From NCBI GenBank assembly GCA_050187915.1, contig JBFXLI010000001.1:35920-99919 (forward strand): a stretch of 64,000 nucleotides of DNA, in the 5' to 3' direction. The first letter of the stretch is position 1, and the number at the start of each line of letters is the position of its first letter. Positions 38,095-48,144 of this stretch are shown in pieces. The notes under the pieces are model-generated. The model worked only from the letters and a program-made list of their open reading frames with translations, did not search any database and had not been told where the DNA came from. The DNA is from Candidatus Woesearchaeota archaeon. Its GTDB lineage: Archaea; Nanobdellota; Nanobdellia; Woesearchaeales; SKGA01. A program made the translations under genes and the position numbers.

Positions 38095-38149
38095 TTATAA
38101 AATTATTGTAATAGAAAACTATTTAAAAAAGAAATGAAGAATAAAGTGT

Positions 38150-39091
38150 GTGGAAAACGATATTTACACAAGATATAATAATTTATTAATAAGACATTTT
38201 AAATTATTTATTGAAAATAATCTAAAATTATTCATGAGTGATGATTGTGATAGTAAAAAACTTCTTTTGGAAAAATTAAAATTTGAACTTGACAGAAGTG
38301 CAGTTATAAGAAAAGATATTCCAAATAAATCTGTTCCATTTGTTAAAATATACAAAAATATTTATTCTTTGTTGTTTGAAGATAAAATTTTCAAAAAATC
38401 TTATTTAACTTTGTTAAAAAAAGAAGGGGAGAAAACAGGAATTTCTAGTATGTTAAACAAATCCAATGACAAATTAATAAAATATGAAAATGAAATATAT
38501 GATTTTATAATGAAAGAAGTTAAAGAACATAAGTTAGATGTTAATTCATTTGCTTTTAAAAATTATGTTCCTGCCGGAATTCTTTCAAAAAGTTTTTTAG
38601 GTAGGTGCTTAGTTATGATGCTTTTATTTTTAATGTCTTATGGAAATATAGGTAGCATTTATGGACAAGATAAAACAGTTTTAAATAATTATACACAAGA
38701 AGAACTAATAGAAAAAAATAATTTAAATTTAAATAAAGAAGAAATGAAAAAATTAAATCAACTTCTTGAAAAATTAGAGTTTGGTGAAAATAAATTTCAA
38801 ACAATTGAAGGAAAGAAAATTTTTGTGAATAAATTTAAAACAGATGAAGGAAGTATTAAAATTGAATTTGGTGGAAAAGCTGAGTCTTTTTCGATAAGTG
38901 ATTTTCCTCAATTAATAATTGATTCTACTAAAACAATTAAATTAAAACCTGCTTTTATAGATTTATTGATGTATAATATGAGAAACTCTAGTGAAAAAGA
39001 GAAAGAAATAATTAAAAATAAAATTTATCAAAAGATGCAAGAAGAAAAACAATTAAATAAAATAATTAATTCAATAATTATAAATAAATAA
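38150..39091 (+). CDS. Hypothetical protein with one internal TM segment (313 aa).
   Basis: Intact ORF, K/E/N-rich, central hydrophobic helix LVMMLLFLMSYG. No family recognised. Confidence 0.35.
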   Translation: MENDIYTRYNNLLIRHFKLFIENNLKLFMSDDCDSKKLLLEKLKFELDRSAVIRKDIPNKSVPFVKIYKNIYSLLFEDKIFKKSYLTLLKKEGEKTGISSMLNKSNDKLIKYENEIYDFIMKEVKEHKLDVNSFAFKNYVPAGILSKSFLGRCLVMMLLFLMSYGNIGSIYGQDKTVLNNYTQEELIEKNNLNLNKEEMKKLNQLLEKLEFGENKFQTIEGKKIFVNKFKTDEGSIKIEFGGKAESFSISDFPQLIIDSTKTIKLKPAFIDLLMYNMRNSSEKEKEIIKNKIYQKMQEEKQLNKIINSIIINK

Positions 39092-41500
39092 TCATTTCCC
39101 TAATTTATTTTCAAGTTCTGCTATTGCTAATGTTGTTTTAACAACTGTATCAGGATTTAGACTCATTGTTTGAATTCCACATTCAACTACAAATTCAGCA
39201 AATTCAGGATAATCTGATGGAGCTTGGCCGCAGATTCCAATATATTTTCCTTTTCTATTTGCAACTTCAATAACTTCTTTAACTAATTTTTTTACGGCTG
39301 GATTTCTTTCATCATATATTGATGAAACTATTTCTGAATCTCTATCTAATCCTAATGTTAGTTGTGTTAAATCATTTGTTCCAATTGAAAATCCATCAAA
39401 AATATTTAAAAATTCATCTGCTAATAAAACATTGGAAGGAATTTCACACATTCCAATAACTTGTAAATCATTTTCTCCTTGTTTTAATCCATTTTTTGAC
39501 ATTTCATTTATTACTTTATTTGCTTCTTCTATTGTTCTACAAAATGGAATCATAACTTTTAAATTTTTTAAACCCATTTCATTTCTAACTTTAAGTATTG
39601 CTTGACATTCTAAGGCAAATCCTTCTACATAATTTCCTTGATAGTATCTTGAAGCTCCACGCCAACCAATCATTGGATTATCTTCTGTTGGTTCAAAAAA
39701 TTTTCCACCAATTAAATTAGCGTATTCATTTGATTTAAAATCACTCATTCTAAGAATTACTGGCTTTGGATAAAATGCTGCAGATATTTTTGCAATTCCG
39801 TGAGCTAATTTTTCAATAAAATATTGTTTTTTATCTTTATATCCTGAAGTCATATCTGAAATTTTTTGTTTTACTTCATCATTTGTTAATTCATCGAAAT
39901 GTATTAATGCTAAGGGATGTATTTTTATGTATGAATTTATTATAAATTCTTCTCTTGCTAATCCTACTCCTTCATTTGGTAAAAAACTAAGAGTAAATGC
40001 ATCTTCAGGATTACCAACATTCATCATTATTTTGGTTTTTGTTTTTGGAATATTATCTAAAGTTAATTTTTCAACATCGAATTTTAATTTTCCTTGATAA
40101 ATATATCCTTCGTCACCTTGACTGCAATCAACAGTAACTTCTTGTCCATCAATTAATTTTTCTGTTCCATTTTCAGTTCCAACAACACAAGGAATTCCCA
40201 GTTCACGACTAATGATTGCAGCGTGACAAGTTCTACCTCCACGATTGGTTACTATTGCAGATGCTATTTTCATTATTGGTTCCCAATCTGGATCTGTCAT
40301 ATCTGTTACAAGAACTTCTCCTTTTCTAAATTTATTTATGTCTTTAACATCTTTTATTACTTTAACTGAACCTGCACCTATTTTTTGTCCTACACTTCTT
40401 CCTACAACTAAAGTTGTTGCTTTTTCTTTTAATTTATATGTTTCAAGAATATTTAGATTTTTTCTTGATTGAACTGTTTCTGGACGTGCTTGAACTATGA
40501 ATAATTTTCCACTCTCGCCATCTTTAGCCCATTCCATATCCATAGGCTTGAAATGATTTGCAAGTCTTGAATAATGATCTTCAATTTGTTGTGCCCATTT
40601 TGCAAGTAATAGTATTTCATCATCAGATATACAAAATTTCCTTCTTTCTGAAATTGGAACATCAACATTTTTTACAGGTTTATTTCCTTCGTTACTATAA
40701 ATCATTTTTATTGCTTTTTCACCTATTTGTTTTGAAATTATAGAACGATAACCTTCTCTTAGTGTTGGTTTAAATACATAAAATTCATCTGGGTTTACTG
40801 CTCCTTGAACTACATTTTCTCCTAAACCATAAGCTCCTGTTATAAATATTGCATCTTTAAATCCTGTTTCTGTATCTATTGAAAACATTACTCCACTTGA
40901 AGCTAAATCACTTCTAACCATTTTTTGAACTCCAATTGAAAGTCCTATTGAAAAATGATCGAAATTTTTATCCACACGATAACTTATTGCTCTGTTTGTA
41001 AATAGAGAAGCAAAACATAATTTGCATGCATTAATTAAATCATTTGGTCCTTTTATGTTAAGATATGTTTCTTGTTGTCCAGCAAAAGAAGCATCTGGTA
41101 AATCTTCAGCTGTTGCACTGCTTCGTACTGCAACATCAACATTATTTCCATATTGTAAACATAAATTATTATAAGCTTCAACAATTTGATTTTTTAAATC
41201 ATCTGGAAATTCTGCATGTCTTATTAAACTTCTAACTTTATGTCCTCTTTCAGAAAGATTTTGCATGTCATGAGTGTTTAAATCTGACAATATTTGTTTT
41301 ATTTCTTCACGAATTCCTGATTTGTCAAGAAGATAATGATATGCTCTTGCAGTTATACAAAAACCATTTAGAATATTAACTCCATAAGGAATTAAGTTAC
41401 TATACATTTCACCAAGAGAAGCATTTTTTCCACCAACTAAACCAACATCACCAATACCAACTTGGTCAAACCAAAGAATTAAAGCATCATTTTTATTCAT
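39092..41500 (-). CDS. ppsA: Phosphoenolpyruvate synthase (pyruvate, water dikinase).
   Basis: N-terminal PPDK_N (LVGGKNASLGEM), phosphohistidine domain GGRTCHAAIISRELGIPCVVG, and a C-terminal PEP-utilising TIM barrel. The real start is the ATG at 41500, preceded by GAGGTGA (SD-like); the track start is GTG at 41509. Confidence 0.85.
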   Translation of the reverse strand: MNKNDALILWFDQVGIGDVGLVGGKNASLGEMYSNLIPYGVNILNGFCITARAYHYLLDKSGIREEIKQILSDLNTHDMQNLSERGHKVRSLIRHAEFPDDLKNQIVEAYNNLCLQYGNNVDVAVRSSATAEDLPDASFAGQQETYLNIKGPNDLINACKLCFASLFTNRAISYRVDKNFDHFSIGLSIGVQKMVRSDLASSGVMFSIDTETGFKDAIFITGAYGLGENVVQGAVNPDEFYVFKPTLREGYRSIISKQIGEKAIKMIYSNEGNKPVKNVDVPISERRKFCISDDEILLLAKWAQQIEDHYSRLANHFKPMDMEWAKDGESGKLFIVQARPETVQSRKNLNILETYKLKEKATTLVVGRSVGQKIGAGSVKVIKDVKDINKFRKGEVLVTDMTDPDWEPIMKIASAIVTNRGGRTCHAAIISRELGIPCVVGTENGTEKLIDGQEVTVDCSQGDEGYIYQGKLKFDVEKLTLDNIPKTKTKIMMNVGNPEDAFTLSFLPNEGVGLAREEFIINSYIKIHPLALIHFDELTNDEVKQKISDMTSGYKDKKQYFIEKLAHGIAKISAAFYPKPVILRMSDFKSNEYANLIGGKFFEPTEDNPMIGWRGASRYYQGNYVEGFALECQAILKVRNEMGLKNLKVMIPFCRTIEEANKVINEMSKNGLKQGENDLQVIGMCEIPSNVLLADEFLNIFDGFSIGTNDLTQLTLGLDRDSEIVSSIYDERNPAVKKLVKEVIEVANRKGKYIGICGQAPSDYPEFAEFVVECGIQTMSLNPDTVVKTTLAIAELENKLGK

Positions 41501-41713
41501 AATAATCACCTCTTGAAGCTTAAAACTAGAAAAAAGATCTCACCTCTTTTTCCCTAGTTTTAGACTATAATTATTATGTTTGTTTTGAGTTTATAAATGT
41601 TAGTTACTATTTTAAAATGAATACTGAATTTAATTAAATCATGTATTTTTAAATTAAATAAGAAAAATAAAAGAAAAAATGAAAAAATAAAAAAGAAAAT
41701 TAAAATTAAAAAA

Positions 41714-42769
41714 TTATTTCTTTAAATAAAGAGTTTGACTTGGGAAAGCAAATTCAATTTTCTCTTTTTCAAAAGCTTTTTTTATTTCGAAATTAATTTC
41801 ATCTTTAGTTTCTAAAATTTTATCTAAATCTTTAATCCAATAAATTAATTGTATATCTAAACTATATTCATTAAAATTTACAAAATGAATTAAAGAATTA
41901 TCGTCTGTACTTTTATTTTTTAAAACAATATCTGACAATATTTTTTTTGTTTTTTCTAATTTTTTTGTTGATGTTGAATATTCAACTCCTAAAATTAGTT
42001 TAACTCTCCTTGCTTTTTCTCTACTTATATTTTCAACTACAGAATCTGCAATTTTTCTATTTGGAACTATTATTTGTGTTCCATCCCATGTAGTTAAAAC
42101 TGTAGATCTTAAACCAATTACTTCAACAAAACCATCTTTACCATCAACTAAAATTCTATCTCCAACTTTAAATGGTTTATCTGATAATAAAGCAGCTCCT
42201 CCAAACATATTTGATAATATGTCTTGCGCTGCTAAAGCAAATGCTAAACCTCCAATACCTAATCCTGCAAGTAGACTTGTAATATCATATCCTAAATTTC
42301 TTATTATCATTAAAAGTGCTATTGCTAAAATTACAAAATTTACAAGTTTTTTCACAATTGGATAAATTGATTTATCTAAAGCCAATTTTTCATTGGATGA
42401 GGTTGGATGGAAATTATGAAACATAATAGCATCAACAAATTTCAAAATAAACCAAACAACTACAATAACCATTAACGAATAAAGTGTATTATCATAATAA
42501 ATTGTAAAATTCTCCGATAGTGTTAAAACATATCTTGCATAATGAAAACCTAATATAAATATTGCAAATATAATTGGCTTTTCTAAAGCATTTACTAATA
42601 AATCATCAACATTTGTTTTTGTTTTTTTTGATAAAACTCTAAATACTTTTTTAAATAAAAAATAAGTTATTTTAGTAATTAAATAGGTTCCAAATAATAT
42701 TGCAATAAAAGTTAAATATTGCATCAAACTGTTATTATAAATTTTAATCGAATATAATATCTCTAACAA
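41714..42769 (-). CDS. MscS-family small-conductance mechanosensitive channel.
   Basis: Three N-terminal TM helices, then GDRILVDGKDGFVEVIGLRSTVLTTWDGTQIIVPN (the MscS beta-domain signature). Confidence 0.8.
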   Translation of the reverse strand: MLEILYSIKIYNNSLMQYLTFIAILFGTYLITKITYFLFKKVFRVLSKKTKTNVDDLLVNALEKPIIFAIFILGFHYARYVLTLSENFTIYYDNTLYSLMVIVVVWFILKFVDAIMFHNFHPTSSNEKLALDKSIYPIVKKLVNFVILAIALLMIIRNLGYDITSLLAGLGIGGLAFALAAQDILSNMFGGAALLSDKPFKVGDRILVDGKDGFVEVIGLRSTVLTTWDGTQIIVPNRKIADSVVENISREKARRVKLILGVEYSTSTKKLEKTKKILSDIVLKNKSTDDNSLIHFVNFNEYSLDIQLIYWIKDLDKILETKDEINFEIKKAFEKEKIEFAFPSQTLYLKK

Positions 42770-42857
42770 ACTATCACCAGAAATATAAAAAAAGTATTGA
42801 TATTTAAAATTTGCTCTTAAAAATTAACTTAATCTACTCTAAAGTAATGAAATAAAA

Positions 42858-44153
42858 ATGATACGAAAGTTTTATAAACGAAAATTTATAATTAAAACTA
42901 TGAAAAAAATTATTTATGCTTTCAAACGACTTTTAGGTGGAAGAGTAGGTAATTTAAATGAAAAATGGAAATTTGATACTAAATCTGTAATTCTTACAAC
43001 TCCAATTGTGGCAGGGGTTAATGAAAATAGCCAAACTGAAATTTTATTTGGAACTAAAGAAGGAAAAGTTTTTTCATTGGATGAAAATTCAAATGTTAAA
43101 TGGATATTTGATAGTAAAGAAAAATCGGATGAAGTTGAATTAATGTTTTTAGATAATGATTATATGAATAGTATTAAATCTACACCAAATGTTGATGATG
43201 TTGATAATGATGGAAATAAAGAAATTATTTTTGGTTCTGAAATAGGTAATATGTACTGTTTAGATAATAATGGTAAAGTTAAATGGAAATTTGAAACTAA
43301 AAGTCCTATTCGAGGTTCTCCATTAATAAAAGATTTAATTGGAAACAATCAAAAAGAAATTATTTTTGGAACTTTAGATGGAAAAATATATATTTTATCT
43401 TGTAAAGGAAAAGAAGTTACACATTTTAATGTTGGACAAGGTATTGAAACTATGCCTTTATTTGTTGAGAACAAATTAATTTTTGGAACTAATGAAGGTG
43501 AAATACGTGCGTACAATTTAAAAGGAGAATTGTTTTGGACATATAAAACAAACAATAAAATTTCTGCAGATGTTATTGTTACAGATATTTGTAAAATGAA
43601 TAAATATTGTTTAATTGTTGGTTCTCAAGATGGAAATTTATATAATTTATCTTTAGATGGTGAATTAAATTGGATGTTTAAAACAAATGGTTCTATAATG
43701 TCAAAAGTAGCAATAGGAGATATAAACAACGATGGAAAAGAAGAAATAGTTTTTGGTTCATGTGATAATAATATTTATTGTTTGAAATACAATGGAGATA
43801 AATTATGGTCTTATGAAACTGATTTTTGGGTTGTTAGTACACCTATTTTAAAAGATATAGATAAAGATGGACATATTGAAATTATTGCAGGTAGTTATGA
43901 TCATAATTTGTATGTTTTAGATAATCAAGGAACATATATGTTAAATTATATTCCAGGATTATCTGGAATTGTAAATCAAACTGGAAATTATTCAAGTACG
44001 AATAATTTAGAAGTGGGTGATGTTGTAGGTAAAAAATTATGGCAATTTAAAACCGATGATATGATTGTTGGTTGTGCTATAATAGATGAAAAAAATGAAG
44101 TAATTGTTAATACTAAAAGTGGAAAGATAAGTAATTTAAAATTACATGATTAA
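42858..44153 (+). CDS. Beta-propeller repeat protein (PQQ-like / FG-GAP repeats).
   Basis: Repeated DGKV/IY.L.....KWKF.T blocks. Recurrent Ca-binding-like D.DNDGNKEIIFGS, DINNDGKEEIVFGS, DIDKDGHIEIIAGS (FG-GAP style). Confidence 0.55.
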   Translation: MIRKFYKRKFIIKTMKKIIYAFKRLLGGRVGNLNEKWKFDTKSVILTTPIVAGVNENSQTEILFGTKEGKVFSLDENSNVKWIFDSKEKSDEVELMFLDNDYMNSIKSTPNVDDVDNDGNKEIIFGSEIGNMYCLDNNGKVKWKFETKSPIRGSPLIKDLIGNNQKEIIFGTLDGKIYILSCKGKEVTHFNVGQGIETMPLFVENKLIFGTNEGEIRAYNLKGELFWTYKTNNKISADVIVTDICKMNKYCLIVGSQDGNLYNLSLDGELNWMFKTNGSIMSKVAIGDINNDGKEEIVFGSCDNNIYCLKYNGDKLWSYETDFWVVSTPILKDIDKDGHIEIIAGSYDHNLYVLDNQGTYMLNYIPGLSGIVNQTGNYSSTNNLEVGDVVGKKLWQFKTDDMIVGCAIIDEKNEVIVNTKSGKISNLKLHD

Positions 44154-44164
44154 ATGGTGAGATT

Positions 44165-44983
44165 TTGGCTGAATCAATTATAACAAAAAAAAGCGACATT
44201 GTAAGAATTAAAGTTCATATAAATGGATTAGATGAACAACTAGAAAATGGAATTCCTAGTGGACATATAACTTTAATATCTGGTGCTGCAGGTACAATGA
44301 AATCTTCTGTTTGTTTTAATATTTTATATCATGAAGCCTTAATAAATAAAAGAAATGGTTTGTACTTATCTTTAGAACAATCTCATAGTTCTATTATTAA
44401 TCATATGATAAATATGGATTATGATTTAACAAAAATAAATTTAATTGTTATAAATAATTTAGCAGATATAGGACAACATATAAAAAAAATTAATCAAACA
44501 AATATGGGTTCTTTAATTCTTGTTGATGTTGGATGTATCAGAAAAGAAATAAAAGATTTATCTAACAATGAAAATAAAAGTTGGTTAAATGTTGTTAAAA
44601 ATATTTTAAAGAAAATAAAACTTGAAAGTAAATTAGATTTATTTGTTTTAGATTCATTAAGTGCTCTTTATGTTTTATCAAAATTTGAAAATCCAAGAAT
44701 TGAATTATTTTTCTTATTTGAATTTTTAAGAGATTTAAATTTAACTTCATATTTAATAACTGAAGCTTCTGGTGAAGGAAAAAACAAATATGGTGAGTAT
44801 GATGAAGACTTTTTATCTGATGGAATTATATTTATAAATTTAAATAGTTATAGAAGAAAACAAATACGAGAAATAAGTATTGTTAAAATGAGAACCACAA
44901 AATGTAATCACGATATTTTTTCATTGGAATATAGAGAAGGTAAATTTCATGCAGAATATGGTGGACAAAATCCTTTACTTTAA
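44165..44983 (+). CDS. KaiC/RadA-superfamily ATPase-like protein with a deviant Walker A.
   Basis: GIPSGHITLISGAAGTMKSS (KaiC-like P-loop context, but GxxGxMKS not GK[ST]). Walker B-like LFVLDSLS. Confidence 0.55.
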   Translation: MAESIITKKSDIVRIKVHINGLDEQLENGIPSGHITLISGAAGTMKSSVCFNILYHEALINKRNGLYLSLEQSHSSIINHMINMDYDLTKINLIVINNLADIGQHIKKINQTNMGSLILVDVGCIRKEIKDLSNNENKSWLNVVKNILKKIKLESKLDLFVLDSLSALYVLSKFENPRIELFFLFEFLRDLNLTSYLITEASGEGKNKYGEYDEDFLSDGIIFINLNSYRRKQIREISIVKMRTTKCNHDIFSLEYREGKFHAEYGGQNPLL

Positions 44984-45868
44984 ATTATTAGCTAAATAAG
45001 CTGCACCTAATAATCCTGCATCATCTGATAAAGAAAATTTTTCTAATTTTAAATCTTTAAATAAACTTTCAGGACAATACTTTTTAATTTCTTTTTTTAA
45101 CTTTAAATAAACATCTTTAGATACGTTACTGACTCCTCCACCTAAAACAATTACTTCAGGATTTAAAGTTGTTATCATAGTTCCTATTATCCAAGCTAAA
45201 GATGTAACTACTATATTTGAAATTTTTTTAGCTCTAGAATCTTTTAAAGATAATATTTTTGAAGGTAATATATAATCTTTTTTATCATGTAAATACATTT
45301 TTTCAATATATTTTCCACCACATAAATGTTCTAAATGATGATAATGTTTATTTTGAGAATCTAGATTTATAGGAACTTTTATTTTTCCAATTTCACCAAA
45401 TGCATTATTTGCGCCTTTTATTAATTGTTTATTTATAACTAATCCACTTCCTATACCTGTACCCCAAATTATACCGAGAACAGAACTTCTTTTATTTGAT
45501 TTACCATAAATACTTTCAGCTAATGTAAAACAATTTGCATCATTTTCTACAATAACTTTAACTTTAGTTTTTTGATGAATTATTTTTTGTAAATTAACAT
45601 TTTTAAGAGAAGATAAATTATTTCCAGTTATTATTAATTTTCCAGACTTATCTATTGTTCCTGATGTAGATATTCCTATTGCTTTAATTGGAACTTTATA
45701 TATAGATGATAAAAATTTTATAACATATAATATGTTGCTTATTAAACTTGATTTTGTTTCATTTTGATGTAGAAAAACTTTTTTTGAGTGGATAATATTT
45801 CCTTTCTCATCTACAATCGCGCCTTTTATTTTTGTCCCACCAATATCTACTGCTATTACAACCATCAC
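44975..45868 (-). CDS. ROK-family sugar kinase (glucokinase/N-acetylglucosamine kinase-like).
   Basis: IAVDIGGTKIKGAIVDEKGNII, and LGGGVS near the C-terminus. Confidence 0.8.
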   Translation of the reverse strand: MMVVIAVDIGGTKIKGAIVDEKGNIIHSKKVFLHQNETKSSLISNILYVIKFLSSIYKVPIKAIGISTSGTIDKSGKLIITGNNLSSLKNVNLQKIIHQKTKVKVIVENDANCFTLAESIYGKSNKRSSVLGIIWGTGIGSGLVINKQLIKGANNAFGEIGKIKVPINLDSQNKHYHHLEHLCGGKYIEKMYLHDKKDYILPSKILSLKDSRAKKISNIVVTSLAWIIGTMITTLNPEVIVLGGGVSNVSKDVYLKLKKEIKKYCPESLFKDLKLEKFSLSDDAGLLGAAYLANNLK

Positions 45869-45938
45869 AATTTTGTGTGTTTATTTATTTATAAATTTAA
45901 TGATTAATTTAATATATGAGAACAAACTTCTTTTATTG

Positions 45939-47189
45939 ATGAAATTCATACATTTAGCTGATTGTCATTTAGATGGTTACAGAGAAGAAAAATTAAATAA
46001 ATTGAGTTTGGACAATTTTGAATATGTTATGAATTTTAGTGTTTCTGAAAGTGTTGATTTTATTTTATTAGCAGGTGATTTATTTAACACAGCACTTCCA
46101 AAAATTGAAACTTTAAAAGAAGTTGTTAATATTTTAAAAAATGTAAAAGATAAAGGAATTATGATTTATTTTATTCCGGGAAGTCATGATTATTCTCCTA
46201 ATGGTAAAACTATGCTTGATGTTTTAGAAAATGCTGGATTAATAAAAAATGTTTTTGTTGGTAAAATTGGTTCTGATGAAAGTTTATATTTAGATTGGAC
46301 TATTGATGAAAAAACTAAAGCACACATTACAGGTATTCATGGATTAAAAGGTATGCTTGATAAAAATTATTATTCTAAATTAGATTATTCAAATTTAATT
46401 TCAAATGAATTTAAAATATTTATATTTCATACTGCAATAAAAGAAATGCTACCTAAAGATTTAGAAATGATTGAATCTTGTTCTGTTGATATTTTACCTC
46501 CAGGATTTGATTATTATGCAGGTGGACACGTTCATGTAAGAAAAAGGGGAGCGGGGAGCGGGGAGCAGATGCTGGATTCTGACACGCTGGGAGCTGAAGA
46601 CAGTGGTTGGAAAAATAAAGTTATTTTTCCTGGGCCTACATTTCCAAATAATTTTGCTGAACTTGAAAAGTTAAAATATGGAAGTTTTGTTTTTTTTAAT
46701 GATGGTAAATTAACTTTTGAAAAAATTCCTTCAAAAGAAGTTGAAGTGTTGAATATTGATTGTGAACTAAGAAATCCAAATGAGGTTCAAGAATTTATTG
46801 AAACTAAAATTGAAGAAATTGATGTTAAAGATAAAATTGTTCTTATGAGATTTTCTGGTGTTTTAAAATCTGGAAAAGTTTCTGATATTGATTTTAAATT
46901 AATGAATAAAATTTGCTTGGATAAAGGAGCATATATTGTTTTACAAAATACTAATAAATTGAAAAGTAAAGAATTTGTTGAAGTTGAAGTTAGTGAAGAA
47001 TCTTCAGATGAAATTGAAGACAAAACCATATTTGAAAATTTAAATCAAATAAATTTACCTTCTGATATTGATGAGAAAGAATTGATTTTAAAATTGATGA
47101 ATATTTTAGATACAGAGCAATTTGATGGTGAAAGTAAAACTAATTTTACTGAAAGATTAATTGAAGAAACAAAAAAATTAATTAAATAA
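45939..47189 (+). CDS. mre11: Mre11/SbcD-type DNA repair metallophosphoesterase, with a GC-rich in-frame insert.
   Basis: MKFIHLADCHLDG (motif I), GDLFN, and GGHVH (motif IV). A 69-bp GC-rich segment at 46540-46608 encodes KRGAGSGEQMLDSDTLGAEDSGW. Start placed at ATG 45939. Confidence 0.7.
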   Translation: MKFIHLADCHLDGYREEKLNKLSLDNFEYVMNFSVSESVDFILLAGDLFNTALPKIETLKEVVNILKNVKDKGIMIYFIPGSHDYSPNGKTMLDVLENAGLIKNVFVGKIGSDESLYLDWTIDEKTKAHITGIHGLKGMLDKNYYSKLDYSNLISNEFKIFIFHTAIKEMLPKDLEMIESCSVDILPPGFDYYAGGHVHVRKRGAGSGEQMLDSDTLGAEDSGWKNKVIFPGPTFPNNFAELEKLKYGSFVFFNDGKLTFEKIPSKEVEVLNIDCELRNPNEVQEFIETKIEEIDVKDKIVLMRFSGVLKSGKVSDIDFKLMNKICLDKGAYIVLQNTNKLKSKEFVEVEVSEESSDEIEDKTIFENLNQINLPSDIDEKELILKLMNILDTEQFDGESKTNFTERLIEETKKLIK

Positions 47190-48056
47190 TTATTTCTTTA
47201 ATTTATCTATTATTTTTAATGAATTAATATTTAATTTAGAAAATGCAAACCACTTTTTTCCTAAATCTTTAAGTGACGCCCCTATGTGATAAACTTCATT
47301 GTCAATTATTAAAAATCTGTCGTGGGAATCTTTGAATTCATTTATTTGAATATTGTTATATTGTTGATTATATTTTTCTAAATCTAATTTTAATTGTTTT
47401 GTTATTTCTTTTGTATAAATTGTTGTTTTTAATTTTGTTTTTGAAAAAAGGGTAAGAATTGATTCATCAATGTAATTATCAATTAAAATCATTTCTTTTT
47501 TTGCAGATTTAATTAACTTATTTATGAAAAAATATGCTTCAAAAATTTGTCCGTTAAAAAATATTCCTTTTTCGGGTTTAATATCTTTTTCTTGAATTAA
47601 ATTAAATACTTGTTCGAATTTTTCATCAGTTTTTATTTGATATTCTATTTGTTTTGTTTCTAGATTTGATAATTTTGAAAGAAAGTCTGCATTTGATTGT
47701 AAAAATTTTCTCATTTGAACAAAGGCACGCATAATTTGAATATTTATTTTTATAGCAATTTCACTTCTTAAAACACTTGAAAGCATTGCAACTCCTTGTT
47801 CTGTGAAAACAAAGGGAAGATATCCTCCAAACTCTTGTTTAGAAGGGGTCGCAAATTGCGACCCCATAAGTTCTACTTCGTTTTTATTTAATTCAAACAT
47901 AAAATCTTCAGGAAATCTTTCTATATTTCTTTTAACTTGTTCTTTTAGCCTTTTGGTAGAGATATTGTATAATTTCGCTAAATCTTTGTCAAGCATTACT
48001 TGTTTTCCTCTTAAATTGTAAATTTTATTTTTTATAGTTAATTCGATTTCATTCAT
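47190..48056 (-). CDS. ORF6N-domain protein (KilA-N/antirepressor-like DNA-binding N-terminus).
   Basis: YNLRGKQVMLDKDLAKLYNISTKRLKEQVKRNIERFPEDFMF matches the ORF6N signature. The C-terminal ~150 aa are typical of ORF6N-associated C-domains. Confidence 0.55.
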   Translation of the reverse strand: MNEIELTIKNKIYNLRGKQVMLDKDLAKLYNISTKRLKEQVKRNIERFPEDFMFELNKNEVELMGSQFATPSKQEFGGYLPFVFTEQGVAMLSSVLRSEIAIKINIQIMRAFVQMRKFLQSNADFLSKLSNLETKQIEYQIKTDEKFEQVFNLIQEKDIKPEKGIFFNGQIFEAYFFINKLIKSAKKEMILIDNYIDESILTLFSKTKLKTTIYTKEITKQLKLDLEKYNQQYNNIQINEFKDSHDRFLIIDNEVYHIGASLKDLGKKWFAFSKLNINSLKIIDKLKK

Positions 48057-48144
48057 AAAATAATTTATTTAAAGTTTTATTTATATTTGACTTGGAAAAA
48101 ACCGAAAATTTCACGAAAAAAAGTTAAAAAAAAAGAAAAAATAA

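Noticed and set aside
41501-41509. Track start for ppsA at GTG 41509 (MIIM...), and similar maximal TTG/GTG starts (e.g. 18466, 26623, 20091, 16289, 15682).
   Set aside because: The ORF track extends to the furthest alternative start codon. For ppsA an ATG at 41500 follows a GAGGTGA SD at ideal spacing. For the others, internal ATGs coincide with upstream gene stops, so the shorter starts were used.
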